64,000 bases of DNA from Felis catus (Eukaryota). Made by a program: the position numbers and the translations under genes. The first letter of the stretch is position 1. Every line of letters begins with the position of its first letter. The DNA lies in the NCBI RefSeq assembly GCF_018350175.1, contig NC_058369.1, positions 28,522,001 to 28,586,000 of the forward strand, given 5' to 3'. Shown one piece after another: positions 63,153-64,000 of the stretch. The notes below the pieces were generated by a model, which did not search any database, had not been told where the DNA came from, and worked only from the letters and a program-made list of their open reading frames with translations.

Positions 63153-63338
63153 AAAGAAAGCTCTCCAACTGCATAAACTTCAGGCCACACAAAATGTCCA
63201 CCACCCCTGGGAAAGACACCCTTAGCCATCCATAACGAAAGCCAGTTCACCCCAATGGATCCTGCAATTACGTGAGCCAATAGTCACCCTTTTCTTTTCT
63301 CTTGGGATAACCTGAATTTAGTTTTATCCATTTGCAGT

Positions 63339-64000
63339 TGAAAGGGAGCAGAATATGCCACCCCAAAGTATGTCCCCTTGGCATAATAATTCTTTTGAGC
63401 TGATCATTTTTAAGAAACTTACAGACACAAGAGAAGCTCTGAAAACTGGGTAGAAGTTACCCATTTGCAATGGATCTACATTTATAAAGGAAATCTCCAC
63501 TTGTAAATTCCTCCTTCTCTGTATCAGGAAGAGAAGGATGACTCTAAATTGTAAGGCAATCGTTGGGCACCTGGCTGGCTCAGTCGGTACAGCATGTGAC
63601 TCTCGATCTCAGGGCCATGAGTTCAAGCCTCACGTGGCATGTGGAGATAGCTTAAGTAAATAAAACTTTAAAAAACAATCACAAGACAATCTTATCAATG
63701 GAGCAGGCATTAAATCGGCAGAACAAATCTTACCCTTATTTACCTTGCTTATCCTGGTAACCCCCCAGCACTGCCCACATATCCATCTCTTTCTCTTTAG
63801 CTGAAAATGGTATTTAAGGTGGTAGTGTGGCCATCTCAGCGAGCTTTACTCAGTTTTCCTGGGTAGCTCCCATATACACACGAGGTATACAAGTCAATAA
63901 AAATCTGATTGGTTTTCTCTTAAGATTTTTTTTTTATTACAGGAGGTCTCGGATAAAAACTCAGAAGGGTAAGGTGAAAATTATTCTTTCTCCCCTATAC
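63339..64000 (+). mobile_element. ERV1-class LTR (MER34-like)
   Basis: tgaaagggagcagaatatgccaccccaaagtatg...tggtatttaagg...caataaa...ctcagaagggtaagg...ctcccctatac. Confidence 0.82.
63564..63674 (+). mobile_element. Short tRNA-derived SINE (tRNA-like head plus A tail, no CT tract)
   Basis: gggcacctggctggctcagtcggtacagcatgtgactctcgatctcagggccatgagttcaagcc; TSD about caatc. Confidence 0.88.

Larger units (their letters stand above)
62728..63209 (+). mobile_element. MER53-like hAT MITE interrupted by a SINE, inside an old MLT1-like LTR (~62350-63337)
   Basis: aattaccaagaagctactgaaacttagg...ataaacttcaggccacacaaaa...acccctg matches recalled MER53. Confidence 0.72.

Noticed and set aside
63564..63640. 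tRNA gene
   Set aside because: tRNA-like head with an A-rich tail and TSD, inside an LTR, with degenerate stems: a SINE or retrocopy. The same applies to the other SINE heads.
1..64000. CRISPR array, operon-like system or CpG-island promoter
   Set aside because: CpG-depleted mammalian DNA; recurring sequences are irregularly spaced SINEs with TSDs, with no regular repeat-spacer array and no CpG island.

Overview
Mammalian non-coding DNA, almost certainly from a cat (Felidae). The window carries more than 20 carnivore tRNA-derived SINEs of feline type (GGGGCGCCTGGGTGGCGCAGTCGGTTAAGCG...(CT)n-A tail), decayed LINE-1s, MaLR/ERVL/ERV1 solo LTRs, MIR/L2 relics and hAT/Tigger MITEs. No protein-coding gene can be supported: the ORF track is explained by L1 relics, SINE read-through, simple repeats or chance, so this is intergenic or deep intronic sequence. 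I found no new biological system. The strongest observation is structural. A ~12 kb inversion (about 3314-15268) cut one near full-length L1 inside its endonuclease region and one MLT1 LTR; flipping the segment rejoins both, with a 6-bp duplication of the LTR sequence at the junctions and ~45 bp of L1 lost. Other leads are a candidate 9-nt minus-strand microexon (60764-60772), a CArG/ETS/CRE motif cluster (48.6 kb), a perfect 35-bp AT-only hairpin (63068-63140), and two nested transposon stacks (42-47 kb, 50.5-52.5 kb). Repeat family names come from recalled consensus sequences, not a database search, and the ends of old elements are approximate.
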